Below, one piece after another: positions 1 to 13,817 of a stretch of 64,000 bases of DNA. Position numbers and translations under genes: made by a program. Under the pieces are notes generated by a model. That model searched no databases, was not told the origin of the DNA, and saw only the letters and a list, made by a program, of their open reading frames with translations. Every line of letters starts with the position of its first letter. The stretch's first letter is position 1. The stretch is from NCBI GenBank assembly GCA_964016885.1, contig OZ024746.1, positions 36,828,001 to 36,892,000 on the forward strand, read 5' to 3'. Source of the stretch: Eledone cirrhosa. Taxonomy: Eukaryota.

Positions 1-2065
1 GTATCCCATCGGCTTGTTCTTCAGGCACGAGACCAATGCAATCTCCCATGCATCCTTCACCAGAAAAATGTAATAAAGAAATTAAACACGAGACTGATAA
101 ACAACAACAGCAAAACTAAGCAACTGTAAGACAGTCGCTATAAAGGAGAGGAATGTCCATCTTCAAACTACTTCGGGAACTAGAGGGCTTAGCTACACTC
201 GGCTCGACATAGGACAAGTGAAGTTCGTTTCGGCATATGTGAACGGGGTCACAATAATGATATAGGATATCAAGTGAAATGAAAGGGGTTGTACCGCTCT
301 ATAGGAGTGTATGCCCGAGACAGGTGTAAAATTACTACTATTACAAGTCGGTGGACTTGCAGCTGGGCAACTAAAGAGGCAGACAAGGTCATCGGGCTGC
401 GTTATAGTGTGCTGAAAAGCGTGGTGGTTATGTATTTTGAGGCTACTTTCAGTCCAGATCTAGAAGATGAGGAAATATGGCATAGATGCCACTGACGGTC
501 CATAAATAACATGGGAGCAACGAATATGTGGGGGGTTTGGCGTGATGTGGCAAACGTGTGTATTGCGTACACTAGTTCTTAAAACATTTGCCTTGCTCTA
601 GTTTACGCATGTCCAGATTGTAATGTCCCCGCTTCGCCCTCTAATAGAAGAATCACGTTTCAATCATCAATTGTTTCATACTTTAAGAGGAGCCATTTTA
701 TTCAGTGAATGATGATATCCTGATATGCGCTGTGACTGCGTCATTTGCAAACCTTCGCAGACGGTGTATATCTTTGGTTACCTTTTATCAGAGATTATTT
801 TCCACATCTCGTCTAATAAATATATCGATTGTGCTGTATCAAACAAAACCTCAGACTGGGCCACTGAAATCTGGAACGGTGCAATTTTCTCATCCCTTCC
901 TAGCAGTTGAGCAATGTGGTTTTTGAAACTTGAGTTTCCACAGAAGACAAGTTTTTCACAGTAAGATCGATTTTGTGGTACAAAAACATATGCGTCGAGG
1001 AAGTTCATCTATCTGATCTGTGTAATGTAATTTGAATTTTGGAACTATTGATCATTTTCACTAATCTCTAAGACTGCCACTGCTACTGTTAGGGAATGCC
1101 GGCTTGAATCAGGCGTGACCATCCTTTGAAAGGTGCTTGTTTTCGCAGCTCGCCATTTTGAATTACCTGCAGACGTGTATCGAGCGAAAACCGAGAAATG
1201 GCTCCTATACACTAGAACAATGTCAGGTGCTTACAGTCCTGCTCTAATTGGGCAATAATTAATTCTGTAGGAATTTCACTATAGCATTATAATGAGGACT
1301 AGAGTTTAGTAAGAGCGATGATATTTTAGAAAATATTGGCGTCAACATAAACAAACCAGTTTATTCCTGATACATTCACTGTTAGGCTCTATCGAAAATT
1401 TACAGATAAACGTGCCCTATCAGGCTATCTCTAGGAACTGCTTATTTAATACATCTTATACATGCACGGAAATGTTGTAAGATGAGCTAGTCCGATATGC
1501 ATGCTGAGCCATGAAACCGTTCTGTACGCACTCGTCCTGTGTCCGTGTACTATTGCCAAATTCTTGGCTATTGGCTGTTGCGATCGCCGATGTCGGGTAA
1601 AATCAACTATTTTAGACGTCTAAAAAATAAAACGAAGGAACTGGTCTGATGATTTTTTCTAATTTAAATTTGAAACGAAGTTGAGGGTGGAGAAGGAAGT
1701 GCTGCCTTTCAGTACACTATGGAATGATGCGTGAATGTATCGAGGATGTCCGAGTGAATGTTCTCTCTCTGAACATTCACCAGTAATCCAGATAGTACAG
1801 AGAGGAGAAGGGCATCTTCACAGTTTACGTTTTGTTAACAGGATAATTTCTGATCTGTGTGCTTCCTAAATCACTTTTGGCCTGTACACACTCCTGCATA
1901 TTAGGCAAGTTTGTTGGTTGTAAGTTATCAATTGTTATCTGTTATATTTCTTCACGCGTTTCTCGTAATTATTTGCTTCTTTCCACCGTCTTTATATTTT
2001 GTATCACACTTTATGTTTCGGCCCAAGTGGCCTATAATGAAATAATACAGATAATTATCATTATT

Positions 2066-2247
2066 TACTGGCAATATCGGTAGAGGGTTGGACGCCATGC
2101 TTTGACGCATAGATTACGGCCCTTGTCATTCTGTGTTCAAATCCCGCCGAGGTTAACTTTGCCTTTCATCCTTACGGATCGATCAAATAAAGTACCAGTA
2201 ATGCACTGGGTAATTGCTAACCTTGTGCCAAAGTAAGAAACAATTAG
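2066..2247 (+). mobile_element. tRNA-derived SINE (octopus-type)
   Basis: A-box-like TGGCAATATCGG, B-box GTTCAAATCCC, central TTTGCCTTTCATCCTTACGG..CGAT, 3' end CCTTGTGCCAAAGTAAGAAACAATT; several homologous copies in the window. Confidence 0.8.
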
Positions 2248-3447
2248 TTACATGAACATACACAATTGTATATGTTTTAGTATGTAACAGCAAATTAGCT
2301 TCATGGGTTCTCACGGGTGAAACGAAATCTACAGTCTTACTTCCCCCATATCTACAAATGATTTCAAGTTAACGTGTGTAAGATAAATGAAGGTGTAATT
2401 TAAAATTATTGCATCAGGTTCACCTTTGTGTTTTCACTCCCGGTGATTTAGGAAATAGCTACTGGGTGTGGAATTGTAGTCGCACGACCGTGTATACGCA
2501 ATATTTGTAAATGAACATGTCATGTTGAATCAATGATATGAAACAATAATAGTTTGCTTCGGATTTATATTATAAATATATTGGCCATCTATTTGTAATT
2601 CAGACTAACCATCGCTGTGAAATGTATGATGAGACAATAACATTGTCCTTTAAATTGTAAGAGCATCGTTAAACGTTTCGTCTTCAAGAGAATGACGACT
2701 ACATGGCATGCCGACTTTCCTAAAGTATTAAGCTATGCACGCAGTTTACTGAAAAATTAACACACGTCCTTTTTCGCTTACAGCATAAAACATGTTGAAA
2801 ATGTATAGTAATATCCGTATAGAAGTTTTACACGTTACGCCTCATGTAACAGAGGTAGAACGAAGAAGCATTTTGGTTTTGCTTTATCATATATATTTAT
2901 AACTTGTGTCATATAATTTTAAATCTTTCTATGTATTCCTAGTGAAGAAATTCCCAAAGGATTTTCTTTTAGTGGTACCATTACAAGTATTATTTTCCCG
3001 TTTATTTCTTTCAATCATAGAATCAATAGAATCAATATTATGAATAAGGATATGATTGAAATAAGCGAAATAAACTTTCCTCGGGAATCATTATTCATTG
3101 GAATATATTATTACATCTATCATACAATGCGAAAGAATCGTACAGGGATGCAATTATTTATATAATAATGATATTGAAAAGAATCTTTTTCACAACAATA
3201 CATTGATGATCTCGTAAATATTACAACAAAGGATTTTGATGTATGATATCACATACTGTATAAATATAATGAATACATCAATGAATAAATGTGTGTCTTT
3301 AAATGTTCAATATAGCTTGTATAGTCAAATACGCACACATTCACATACACACACCCACGCATACACCCCCCACACATATATATATATTTATATATATCAG
3401 TATGTAAGTATGAATGTAGGTATGTATATATATATATATATATATAT

Positions 3448-3526
<79 letters not shown>

Positions 3527-3531
<5 letters not shown>

Positions 3532-4893
3532 ATACTTTGGGAGGGTGATGTTGCCGATAAGAACACACGCACCAGGAACGTTCACTTCAATTTATTATAA
3601 TAAATTCATAAATTTAGGAATTTATAAATTTCCGGTTGGTTGGTTGGTTCCACAACCAGATGGTTGTTTATTTATTGTCAAAGTTCTTCGTCACACATTC
3701 TGTGACCTCTTCAGTGACTGGAGATTCTTTTCTTTTTTTTTTTGTGCCTCTCCTTTGTTCTGTCCTACGTCATCTTGTTTTTGTGTGTGTGTTGTGTACT
3801 TAGTTTACGCATGTGTTACATCCGGGTGTCTCTGTGTGTTTATATTCGTTTATTTACTTGTTTATTTACATGTTACCAGTTGGTTGTTTGTTTCTATGTG
3901 CGTGTGTGTTTTCATGTTGTCCTTAATTGTAAGTTGTGACGTTGCTGTTCCACTCATGTGTTCTATTTAATTTTGGTTGGAGTTCATTTATGTTTATTGC
4001 CTCTGTGATTTGTCTAAACATTGCGTCTTTTCTGTGTGTAGATTCTATTTTTATTTCTATGTTCTCTAATTCACCCCTTATGTTCTATTTTAGCATGTTG
4101 GTAGAGTACAGATGATTATTTACTATCTTGAAGATCTCGCCAGTGTTCATTTATCAGTTCCCCTATACTACGAACTGTCTCACCTATGTACACAATATTT
4201 TTATCTCTACATTGTCCTTCAGTACATCTTATGCTATATACTACATTTCTAGTTTTACAGTTAATATGGGGGCTTAATTTACAGATTATACATTTCTTAT
4301 ATATACAGGGGGCTCTTTGAAAAGGGTATGCCTTGCTAATAAGTGTTTTTACGGAAGTACTTGGTCTTTCTACTCTCTTAATATTGAGTTGATGTTTATC
4401 TAGGGCCCTTCTAAATGTGTAAGCTAATTCATCTCTAGGGGTTGTATCGATGAACATTACACTCTGGTATTTATTCTATGATACCATGAGTTTATTCTAT
4501 TAGCCTTATTCCTAGTTCTTTCTATCCTATTCCAGAATTTGCTCCTATACAAGGGGCAGGTTCCATTTGTGTCATTATTTAACATTTTTTCCCATTTGGT
4601 TCTGGCTCCTTTATACACTCTGATTTTATCTCTCTGATTGTAACCAGAGAACTGCATACGGTGGATGAAGATTTGTATGTGTCTCTCTAGTTCTTCGGGG
4701 TTGCACACGCGGGACAGGTTTCTCATCACCCATACCAAATCCGCAATGAGTATGTTGATTTTGGTATGGTCCGAAACAGCTGAGTTTCGGTGGATCAGAT
4801 ATTTGGAAGTCATGAGTTTGGCATAATGGGAATGGAGGATTTGTTTTTTGTTACTAATGGTATCTAACCATAGCTCTGTGCCTAGTACAGGTA
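3527..4893 (-). mobile_element. Penelope-like element family B, 5'-truncated and degenerate (RT thumb, linker, GIY-YIG, 3' UTR with HHR)
   Basis: ORF pieces LPVLGTELWLD..MQFSGY..CPLYRS (4457-4893) and CIICK..CKTRNVVYSIRC..VYIGET..EHWRDL (4116-4457); frameshift and stop present; 3' end abuts (TA)n. Confidence 0.85.
3677..3718 (-). ncRNA. Type I hammerhead ribozyme motif (family B)
   Basis: gtca-CTGAAGA-ggtcaca..tgtgac-GAAG-aactt-tgac; core slightly degenerate. Confidence 0.6.
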
Positions 4894-4912
4894 ATCGATG
4901 GTTGGAATAGAA

Positions 4913-5522
4913 ATAGAAATAAAAATATAATCTATACACAGAAAAGACGCAATGTTTAGACAAATCACAGAGGCAATAAACATAAATGAACTCCAACCAA
5001 AATTAAATAGAAAACATGAAAACATGATTGGAACAGCAACATCACAACTTACTATTAAGGACAAAATGAAAACACACACGCACATAGAACAAACAACCAG
5101 CTAGTAACATATAAATAAACAAATAAATAAACGAATATAAACACACACAGAGACCCGGATGTACACGCGCCAACTAACACATGCGTCAACTAAGCACACA
5201 ACACACACACAAAAACAAGATGGCCTAGGACAGAACAAAGGAGAGGCAGAAAAAACAAAGAGAATAATCCTCAGTCACTGAAGAGATCACATAATGTCTG
5301 ACGAAAGAACTTTGACAATATATAAACAACCATCTGGTTGTGGAAACAACCAACCAGCCGGAAATTTATAAATTCCTAAATTTATAAATTTATTATAATA
5401 AATTGAAGTGAAAGCGTCTGATGCGTGTGTTTCTTATTGGCAACACGACCCTCGCAAAGTATAACAATATCGGTTTCAACACACGTTTTCAGATAAAGAA
5501 TCGTGCTAAACAAATTCAGAAA

Positions 5523-5524
<2 letters not shown>
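4913..5524 (+). mobile_element. Inverted 3' segment of PLE family B including terminal tail
   Basis: Reverse complement of about 3527-4060 plus ~55 bp of extra tail, ending at (TA)n. Confidence 0.85.
5274..5316 (+). ncRNA. Type I hammerhead ribozyme motif (family B)
   Basis: gtca-CTGAAGA-gatcacataatgtctgac-GAAA-gaac-TT-tgac; stem I gtca/tgac. Confidence 0.7.
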
Positions 5525-5586
<62 letters not shown>

Positions 5587-6069
5587 ATATATAACATTTT
5601 CTTCTGACCGAGTATTGACAATTGTTCGTTGTCAAAATATTTGCGTCAGAGAGGTTAAGTGAACGAGGCAATTTTCTCTATCTTTTTAAGTATGACTACA
5701 CGATCTCATGCGGCTAAATCAGGAGCGCTTGAAGAATTCTGAATTAGTATAGGGAGGAAGGGAGATTTGGAAATGTTTGTAGTGATTAGTTTATCGGTTT
5801 GCACTCAGAAATAGTCTGAAACGTTCTATATGCAATGAACATAATATGTACATAAATTGTAACGCACATCCGAAAAGATGTGTGTTATGGTAGTTTAGGG
5901 AAACCAATATAATTATTGGTGGAGTGGCATGGCCCCTGTGGCCACGTCGTTCCACTGCTCAAATATACATATATATAATTTTAAAAAGATAATGCTCTGT
6001 ATCGTTTCCTAAGGGGTTAATATATCGCGTTGGTTAAGAAAGTGGTATTATACCCAATTTATTCATCCG

Positions 6070-6161
<92 letters not shown>

Positions 6162-6227
6162 ATTTATTATGGACATTGGTGAGCTAGTTATTCTAAAGTT
6201 TCACCTGCGCATTCACAATATCACCAG

Positions 6228-6270
6228 TCTTCTCTGATGAGTACGCAGGCGAAACTCCAGAGTAGCAAGA
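6228..6270 (+). ncRNA. Type I hammerhead ribozyme motif
   Basis: CTGATGA-gtacgcaggc-GAAAC-tccaga-GTA; stem III ACT/AGT; inverted partial copy at 6160-6216. Confidence 0.7.
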
Positions 6271-7375
6271 CTCATCACTTAGCCATCATAAATGAATATG
6301 TAAACTCTACTTTGGTATTGAATTTTCATTCTTACATCCGTCAATATTTCACGTAATCTCATGTTTTGAATAATTGTACCCACCACGCTATTTATCAATT
6401 TCTCAGATTTGATTGTGGCACCATCATCAAAGTTCTTCCTTGGTAATTGTTAAGTTAATGGAAAAGGTTTCGCTATCATGAATTTTGAAAATTATGTTTG
6501 TGGGTGTTCTATAATTTGAGTGGGCAAATTGTCTAACTTAGAAGAGCATATGCTCTTAACTAGTGTACATATATCTAATATCTGTAACTTTACTTTCAGT
6601 CAATCAGATTAATAAAAGGAAATTATACAAATACATAAGAATATGTATATGAATAGATATAGGAATATAAATGATAGAATTATACAAATATGATAAACTA
6701 AATTATTATAGACTTTACATTTATGCTAATATGAATGTATACGCTTATACAATTATAGAAATACTATCGACACTTATAACCCTATAGAAATATGATAGTA
6801 TCTTTAACAATTATGGAATTATAAATATATGGTAAAAATAAGTTTGCTTCAGAGTTAACGATCCTTTCATTTCTTCTTATTTATTACATTGTTCATGTGG
6901 CCTTTTAATGAAATTAATATCAATATGAAAATATACCATGAAATAATATCAACTGACATAATTTTACGACAAATTTAGTTATTACTAAATGGAACTAATA
7001 ATATGCAGGAACATTTAGACTCAGGTATTCATTCATAATATTTTGTAGATTTGTGAAATGTGTAAAATAGAATTTACGCCAGCAAACAAAGTTTTGAACC
7101 AAATTAAAATTAGATCACACTGTCGTGTAACAGTTGTATAGTTAACCTAATTAAATCATGTTATAAAAAAAATAAATATGAAGTGATAAACACAGGAAGT
7201 TATAATATCTAATATGATATAATATATTAGTGAGTTGAGAAAAAATAGCCATTCCTATAAAGAGAATATAATGTGTGTTAAATTTCATAACGACAATCGA
7301 TTTTGTAGTTTTGAGTTACGTTTCGACAATTATTGATATCAATTCTGTAAAATAAATCACCCAATATGAACCTCC

Positions 7376-7422
<47 letters not shown>

Positions 7423-7429
<7 letters not shown>

Positions 7430-7819
7430 TAATATTTGATGAACATTTACATGTTTCAGTTGCAATTGACTAATAAGATCGCTAGAGTGAAAAATCTTAA
7501 TTCAACAACATAAAGTCTGCATGTACGATCTAAAAAAATAATAAATCAATACTCACAGACTCATATTGGCAAAACGCCTTGGTACCTAGACACGTTTAAA
7601 ATTCAAAATACAAACTGTTTCCGCAGATCGGTCAGAACTTCAAACTTCAAACATGTTTCACAAGGCTTTTTGCCCATATGAGTCTGTGAGTATTGATTTA
7701 TTATTTTTTTAGATCGTACAGGCAGACTTTATGTTGTTGAATTAAGATTTTTCACTCTAGCGATCTTATTAGTCAATTGCAACTAAAACATGTAAATGTT
7801 CATCAAATATTAATTTATA
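7423..7819. repeat. Inverted repeat (~158 bp arms, ~80 bp loop), PLE-end-like
   Basis: 7423-7581 is the near-perfect reverse complement of 7661-7819; right arm continues into a tail also found inverted at 12446-12557. Confidence 0.85.
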
Positions 7820-8373
7820 CTGCTCAGAAGCGATTCCTAGAGCTGAAATGATTGTAAATGACCCCATTGAGTCTAAACTCTAAGCTATTTATCACTGCTC
7901 CCCCAGGTGAGCTGAATTGTGTAATCCCATATAAACGGCTGTTATTTCTAGCACTATGTGTGGGACGTTAGAGGACTGGAATACACAGGCAAGAAAAGAA
8001 TATACAGGCTACTATATGAAGTAGTAATGGCATTCAATTAGAACAATAACAACAATTACAACAATGCTATTAATAAATTATTTGAGGAGACCCTGACATT
8101 ACTTAGATGGGGGTATAATGTATCTAACGTTACGGCGTGTAAAACTAGCTGTCATGAGGCAAAAGTAAGAGTTTGCATTGTACAGAGTATCGAAGTGTAT
8201 ATCAATTTTAAATTATAAAGATAAGCCAGTGTTTGCAGTCTTTCTCTTCATCTTCAATAGTATACATGAGTGGGACAACACTGTCAAAGCTAAATAGTTG
8301 TTGAGTTAATACAGAGGTTAACGAAGTAATATACGCATATATTTACACACACACCCACCCACACACACACACA

Positions 8374-8492
<119 letters not shown>

Positions 8493-8901
8493 GCATGTGT
8501 ACATAGACACATACATACACATCAATATACACTCGTACAAAAATATACATACATGCAAAGAGATAAGCGTGCTAATTGTAATTATGGCAAAAGGGAGGTA
8601 AAGTTACATTGTATTAGTGATTTGAGAAAAACTAGGATTTAGGATCAAATGATGGCAGCAGCTGAGAAGGAATAAGTTTGTGGGTAGATGAGGTACTTAC
8701 AGACATTTGTGTGGTATAGACTTGTGAAGGATATAGTATACTTAATGAATATATTTCTGTGGGTAGTAGGTATCCTAATTTAAAGCTATGTTGTGTTGGT
8801 TCGATTCACGGAGGTTTGAATCTTATGAATTTAGTGGCAATTCTATGTCTGCAGAAGATAGATCTTTCTAAGTGGACTGCATTTAACTATTATTTGTTAC
8901 C

Positions 8902-8939
<38 letters not shown>

Positions 8940-9217
8940 GTGTGTGTGTATAGGTGATTTACGTGATACTTAACGCTGTGTGGGTATATTTACCACAGGT
9001 TGAGCTAAATTGACAGACAAATAGATAATATATTTATTGCTGTTGGGGTTCATATTAGCTACTGAGGTGTAGTAATATTAGAGTTCGTGGTGTTGTTGTA
9101 TTGTGTTGTTTCTAGTTTCATCGAAATAAAGTTACTTGTAGTGTCATGGCTTAATTCGGAGTGTTATGATAATTTCTATAGTTGTTCGTGTTGTTATTAT
9201 TGTTTTCTTTATTGGTG

Positions 9218-9218
<1 letters not shown>

Positions 9219-9298
<80 letters not shown>
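9219..9298. repeat. (AGT)n microsatellite
   Basis: Direct read. Confidence 0.95.
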
Positions 9299-10306
9299 AA
9301 CAATAATAATACATTATATGCTCGAAATTATCATTGCTAGAAGGCCAATAAGAATTTTGAAAAGAACATATGAATTATTGATACAGACTTCCCGATTGGG
9401 AAGGAAAAGTGAATAAAAAAATACCGAGGAAAATCAGTAAAATTAACTAAAAACATAAAAAGAGCGGGAACATTTTAAATAGCTAACAGAGAAAACGAAT
9501 AAAAATGGAATATAGACAGTAAGAAAGATGAAATTAAAAAAAAAATAGGAAGAAAGGAAAGAATGAAGAAATAATTATACGAAACAAAACAAACTATATA
9601 GCGAAGAATGAAGTATCGAATAAATAAAGGGAACTTGGAGGAGATGATAAGTATGCCAATTATGATTATTAGATGCTTATACGGACTAAGGGCAGAATTT
9701 AAATTCGTGTGAGAGGAGTGTACACATGTCTTGTTAGTATAATGCACAGCAAAAAATGTCAAAACTTCATGCCTTGAATAATCCTGGTTAAGTAACGAGG
9801 CTTCTTTTTTTAGTGGAAGCAGAAGATAATTCACACAGAAACCCCAACATATAACCTGTCTCATTACAGCCCACAAACGTGATAGGTACTAATCAAAACA
9901 TAACCCTACAATGCATTTACAAATTGGCGTTTTGATTAAGTAGAAGAAATCATTTTAACCTTTACTTATTTATACCTGAGGGTGAGACAAGGAGAAATAT
10001 GTGACTATTAGAGCAATAAATATAAGAACCATTAATACTATTGCTCAAAGTTTTGAGAATTTGAATAAATATGTAGTGAAAATCATATAGGGTGTATAGT
10101 TATTATTAATCAATTATTAACGGGAAAATATCCGCTCCAGCAATATAAGGCTGGGGGTTATTATTCCTTATAAGTTGAGTGTGTATATAAGTAGGGATGC
10201 ATTTATATGAGTTTGTCTAATAATGAGCGTGAACGTGTATTTGTATATACATACATACATAATCACACACATGCGCACACACAAACATGCCAACACACAC
10301 ACACAT

Positions 10307-11541
10307 ATATGAGTGCTAAAGCTACAAACTGAATAAGCATATACGCTAGCTTGGCCGTATACTAGAACTTCGTCTATGCTGTACTAACATTTTAATTAAC
10401 GATTAACTGATTAATTTTATTTGATGATTCTATCGATTAATTAATTGTTTAAGTTTGTTTGATAACTTCTAGTCGACTGCTTTATTCGGTTTAAATAAGG
10501 GGACTCATTCCTTTATCTCAAATTAGAATACACCGCCTAAGCGGGGGTTACCTCCCTTCGGACAAAACCATGTGTCTGTGGCGACTTTTAAAGTCACAGC
10601 ATACCCGCTTTGGCTAAGAACGAAAGACTTGCTGAAGAAGTAAATCCTATGTTCTGTCGTCAAAAACCATTATATTGCAGACTCCTGCAATAGGAATTTG
10701 TCGATCATGGATTTGCAGAAACTTAGCGCTGTCGCTGCGTGCGATTTTGCAATCAATATTGTGGAAACACCATGTGGATTGTATATTTTACACCCAGCCT
10801 CAGCGTTATGTCCAGGTCAGTAAAAAATCTTTACCTGGGTCCTGTATTTTCGTTGCTCTAGTGATGCGGTCGGACTGCCGACTGCTATATCTAATTTGCT
10901 AAGCTGACTGAACATAATGTTATACTCTGGGGTCTTACCTCATATTAGTGCTAAAGCTACAAACCGAATAAGCATACACGCTAACTTGGCCGTATACTAG
11001 AGCTTCGTCTATACTGTACTAACATTTATATTTACTCCTAGAATTAACTATTAACTGATTAATTTTATTTGATGATTCTATTGATTAATTAATTGTTTAA
11101 GTTTGTTTGATAACTTCTTGTCGAGTGCTTTATTCGGATTAAAGACTTGCTGAAGAAGTAAATCCTATGTTCTGTCGTCAAAAACCATTATATTGCAGAC
11201 TCCTGCAATAGGAATTTGTCGATCATGGATTTGCAGAAACTTAGCGCTGTCGCTGCGTGCGATTTTGCGATCAATATTGTGGAAACACCATGTGGATTGT
11301 ATATTTTACACCCAGCCTCAGCGTTATGTCCAGGTCAGTAAAAAATATTTACCTGGGTCCTGTATTTTCGTTGCTCTAGTGATGCGGTCGGACTGCCGAC
11401 TGCTATATCTAATTTGCTAAGCTGTCTGAACATAAGTTTATACTCTGGGGTCTTACCTCATATGAGTGCTAAAGCCACAAACCGAATAAGCATACACGCT
11501 AGCTTGGCCGTATACTAGAGCTTCGTCTATGCTGTACTAAA

Positions 11542-11545
<4 letters not shown>
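10307..11545 (+). repeat. Head-to-tail tandem repeat (635 bp + 518 bp + partial unit), each full unit with an HHR-like motif
   Basis: Unit start ATAT(G/T)AGTGCTAAAGC at ~10307, ~10942, ~11460; duplicate 75 aa ORFs offset by 518 bp; flanked by microsatellites. Confidence 0.9.
10632..10733 (+). ncRNA. Hammerhead-like motif with extended stem II (second copy 11150-11251)
   Basis: CTGAAGA-gtaaatcctatg...tattgcag/ctgcaata...catggatttgc-a-GAAAC-ttagcgct-GTC; stem I pairing is poor. Confidence 0.55.
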
Positions 11546-11605
<60 letters not shown>

Positions 11606-12239
11606 CTGGATATAGGAAGGTGTACACGGGTAGGGTACTCTTAGACAGTGGCAGACTGGGTCTAAAAATATTGGTTGCCAGGAGATGCTACATATAGAAT
11701 GCTATCATTTAAGTTCTATAATGAATAAATAAAATTTTCGAAAAGTACGCAAGGAGAATAAAACAGTGCAATCAATTTTTTGCGGGAAAATACCTTACCT
11801 TCTACAATAAAAAATATTAAGTATTTTGCGAAATCCAGAATAATTTCAATAATGAGCAGAAGTCGACTCTAAATATTATTAATAGCTCTAGGAAAACAAT
11901 GAACGACACCATATTTTAAACTTTGATTTTGAAAGTAAGTTCATAATTATAAAGTTTCGTTATACTTTTGTAGTTCTCTCGGTGGCCTAGTTGGGAGTAG
12001 GGTCCCCAGTAAACCTTTTCCGTTTTTTTTTCTACTTGTAAAATAAAACTGAAAAATATTACATGTACCTCTTGACCAGCATTGAACCAAGTTCAGGATC
12101 TCGACCGTCTCTAGGACCTACGGCTAGGCCACAGAGACAACTACGAAAATCTTGTGAAAATTCATACATATATAAACCTTATATGTGTGTGTGTGTGTAT
12201 CTATATATCTATCTAACTCTCTCTCTATATATATATAAT

Positions 12240-12441
<202 letters not shown>

Positions 12442-12564
12442 ATATAACTTAGAATTTACACTCAATGGGGTCATTTACAATTATTTCAGCTCTAAGAATC
12501 GCTTCTGAACAGTATAAATTAATATATGATAAACATTTACATGTTTTAATTGAAATTTAGTTAA

Positions 12565-12601
<37 letters not shown>

Positions 12602-12607
<6 letters not shown>

Positions 12608-13055
12608 ATTAAATAAATGGAAAACTATATTTATAAAACCATATTTATTTCATTATATATATTTCGGGGATATCATATTAACAATATGCTATGCCTTCAT
12701 CAGACAAAATACAATATAAACAGTTTTATAGATAAATATATTCGACATACCGTAATAAACATCAACTTCATTTGAAGAGGTTCACTGCTAGAGTGAACCT
12801 CTTCAAATGAAGTTGATGTTTATTACGGTATGTCGAATATATTTATCTATAATACTGTATATATTGTATTTTGTCTGATGAAGGCATAGCATATTGTTAA
12901 TATGATATCCCCGAAATATATATAATGAAATAAATATGGTTTTATAAATATAGTTTTCCATTTATTTAATATTGTAAATATACTCCAAGTATTTGTCGAG
13001 TGCTTTTATATCAGTTATAAATATTTACTAGTTGTAACCCAACAATTTTAAATAT
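12602..13055 (+). mobile_element. Fold-back hairpin element (185 bp arms, 5 nt loop, 3' tail) with HHR; family F
   Basis: 12602-12786 is the reverse complement of 12792-12976; embedded in (TA)n; homologues at 46621 and 53806. Confidence 0.85.
12867..12932 (+). ncRNA. Type I hammerhead ribozyme motif (family F; mirror copy on minus strand 12646-12711)
   Basis: tattttgt-CTGATGA-agg..catattgttaatatg..ccc-GAAA-tatata-TA-atgaaata; stem I tattttgt/atgaaata. Confidence 0.75.
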
Positions 13056-13060
13056 AACTT

Positions 13061-13119
<59 letters not shown>

Positions 13120-13126
<7 letters not shown>

Positions 13127-13642
13127 TAAAAGGAATTCCAACTTTGTCTGATTTACTCGTTTTATTTACATTCCTTTAACATTTATAATGGTATTATAAT
13201 GAAATAGTATGGTAGAATATTAAATGTTAACTGTTCATCATTTCAAAAATAGCAAAACAATTGATGCTTTGGATAGGGTCAATTAGTAGTCGTTAGACAT
13301 GCTCAACCAACTGTGATGCCTAAACCAATCAGCTTTAGTAATCCAGTGAAACTACACAACGATTTGTCGAAATACGGTTTGCAAGATTTAACATTCTAGA
13401 GCCACTTTTCACTGTATATAAGGCACAACATTTACACATCTCATTACAATTGAAAATTTCAAACTTGACTGTCACCACACATTATGAACCAGAATATTGC
13501 GAAAGCATGAAACTACTTGTTTAATTAACACTTAACATTTAATATTCTACCATACTATTTCATTATAATACCATTATAAATTTTAAAGGATTGTAAATAA
13601 AACGAGTAAATCAGACAAAGTTGGAATTCATTTTATTAATAT
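13120..13642. repeat. Inverted repeat (~115 bp arms, ~290 bp spacer)
   Basis: 13120-13234 is the reverse complement of about 13527-13642; starts at (TA)n. Confidence 0.8.
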
Positions 13643-13681
13643 GTACTTCTATACACAATGATACACACCCGTGTATATTTA

Positions 13682-13747
<66 letters not shown>

Positions 13748-13817
13748 GATAAATCTAAAATAAAGTACCAGTAATGTACTGCGATAATTGCTGGCCTTGT
13801 GCCAAAAGTAGAAACAA

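Noticed and set aside
1-1900. Possible exons or decayed DNA transposon or LINE in the higher-complexity start of the window
   Set aside because: Short ORFs carry no recognisable motif; a tBLASTn or Dfam search would be needed
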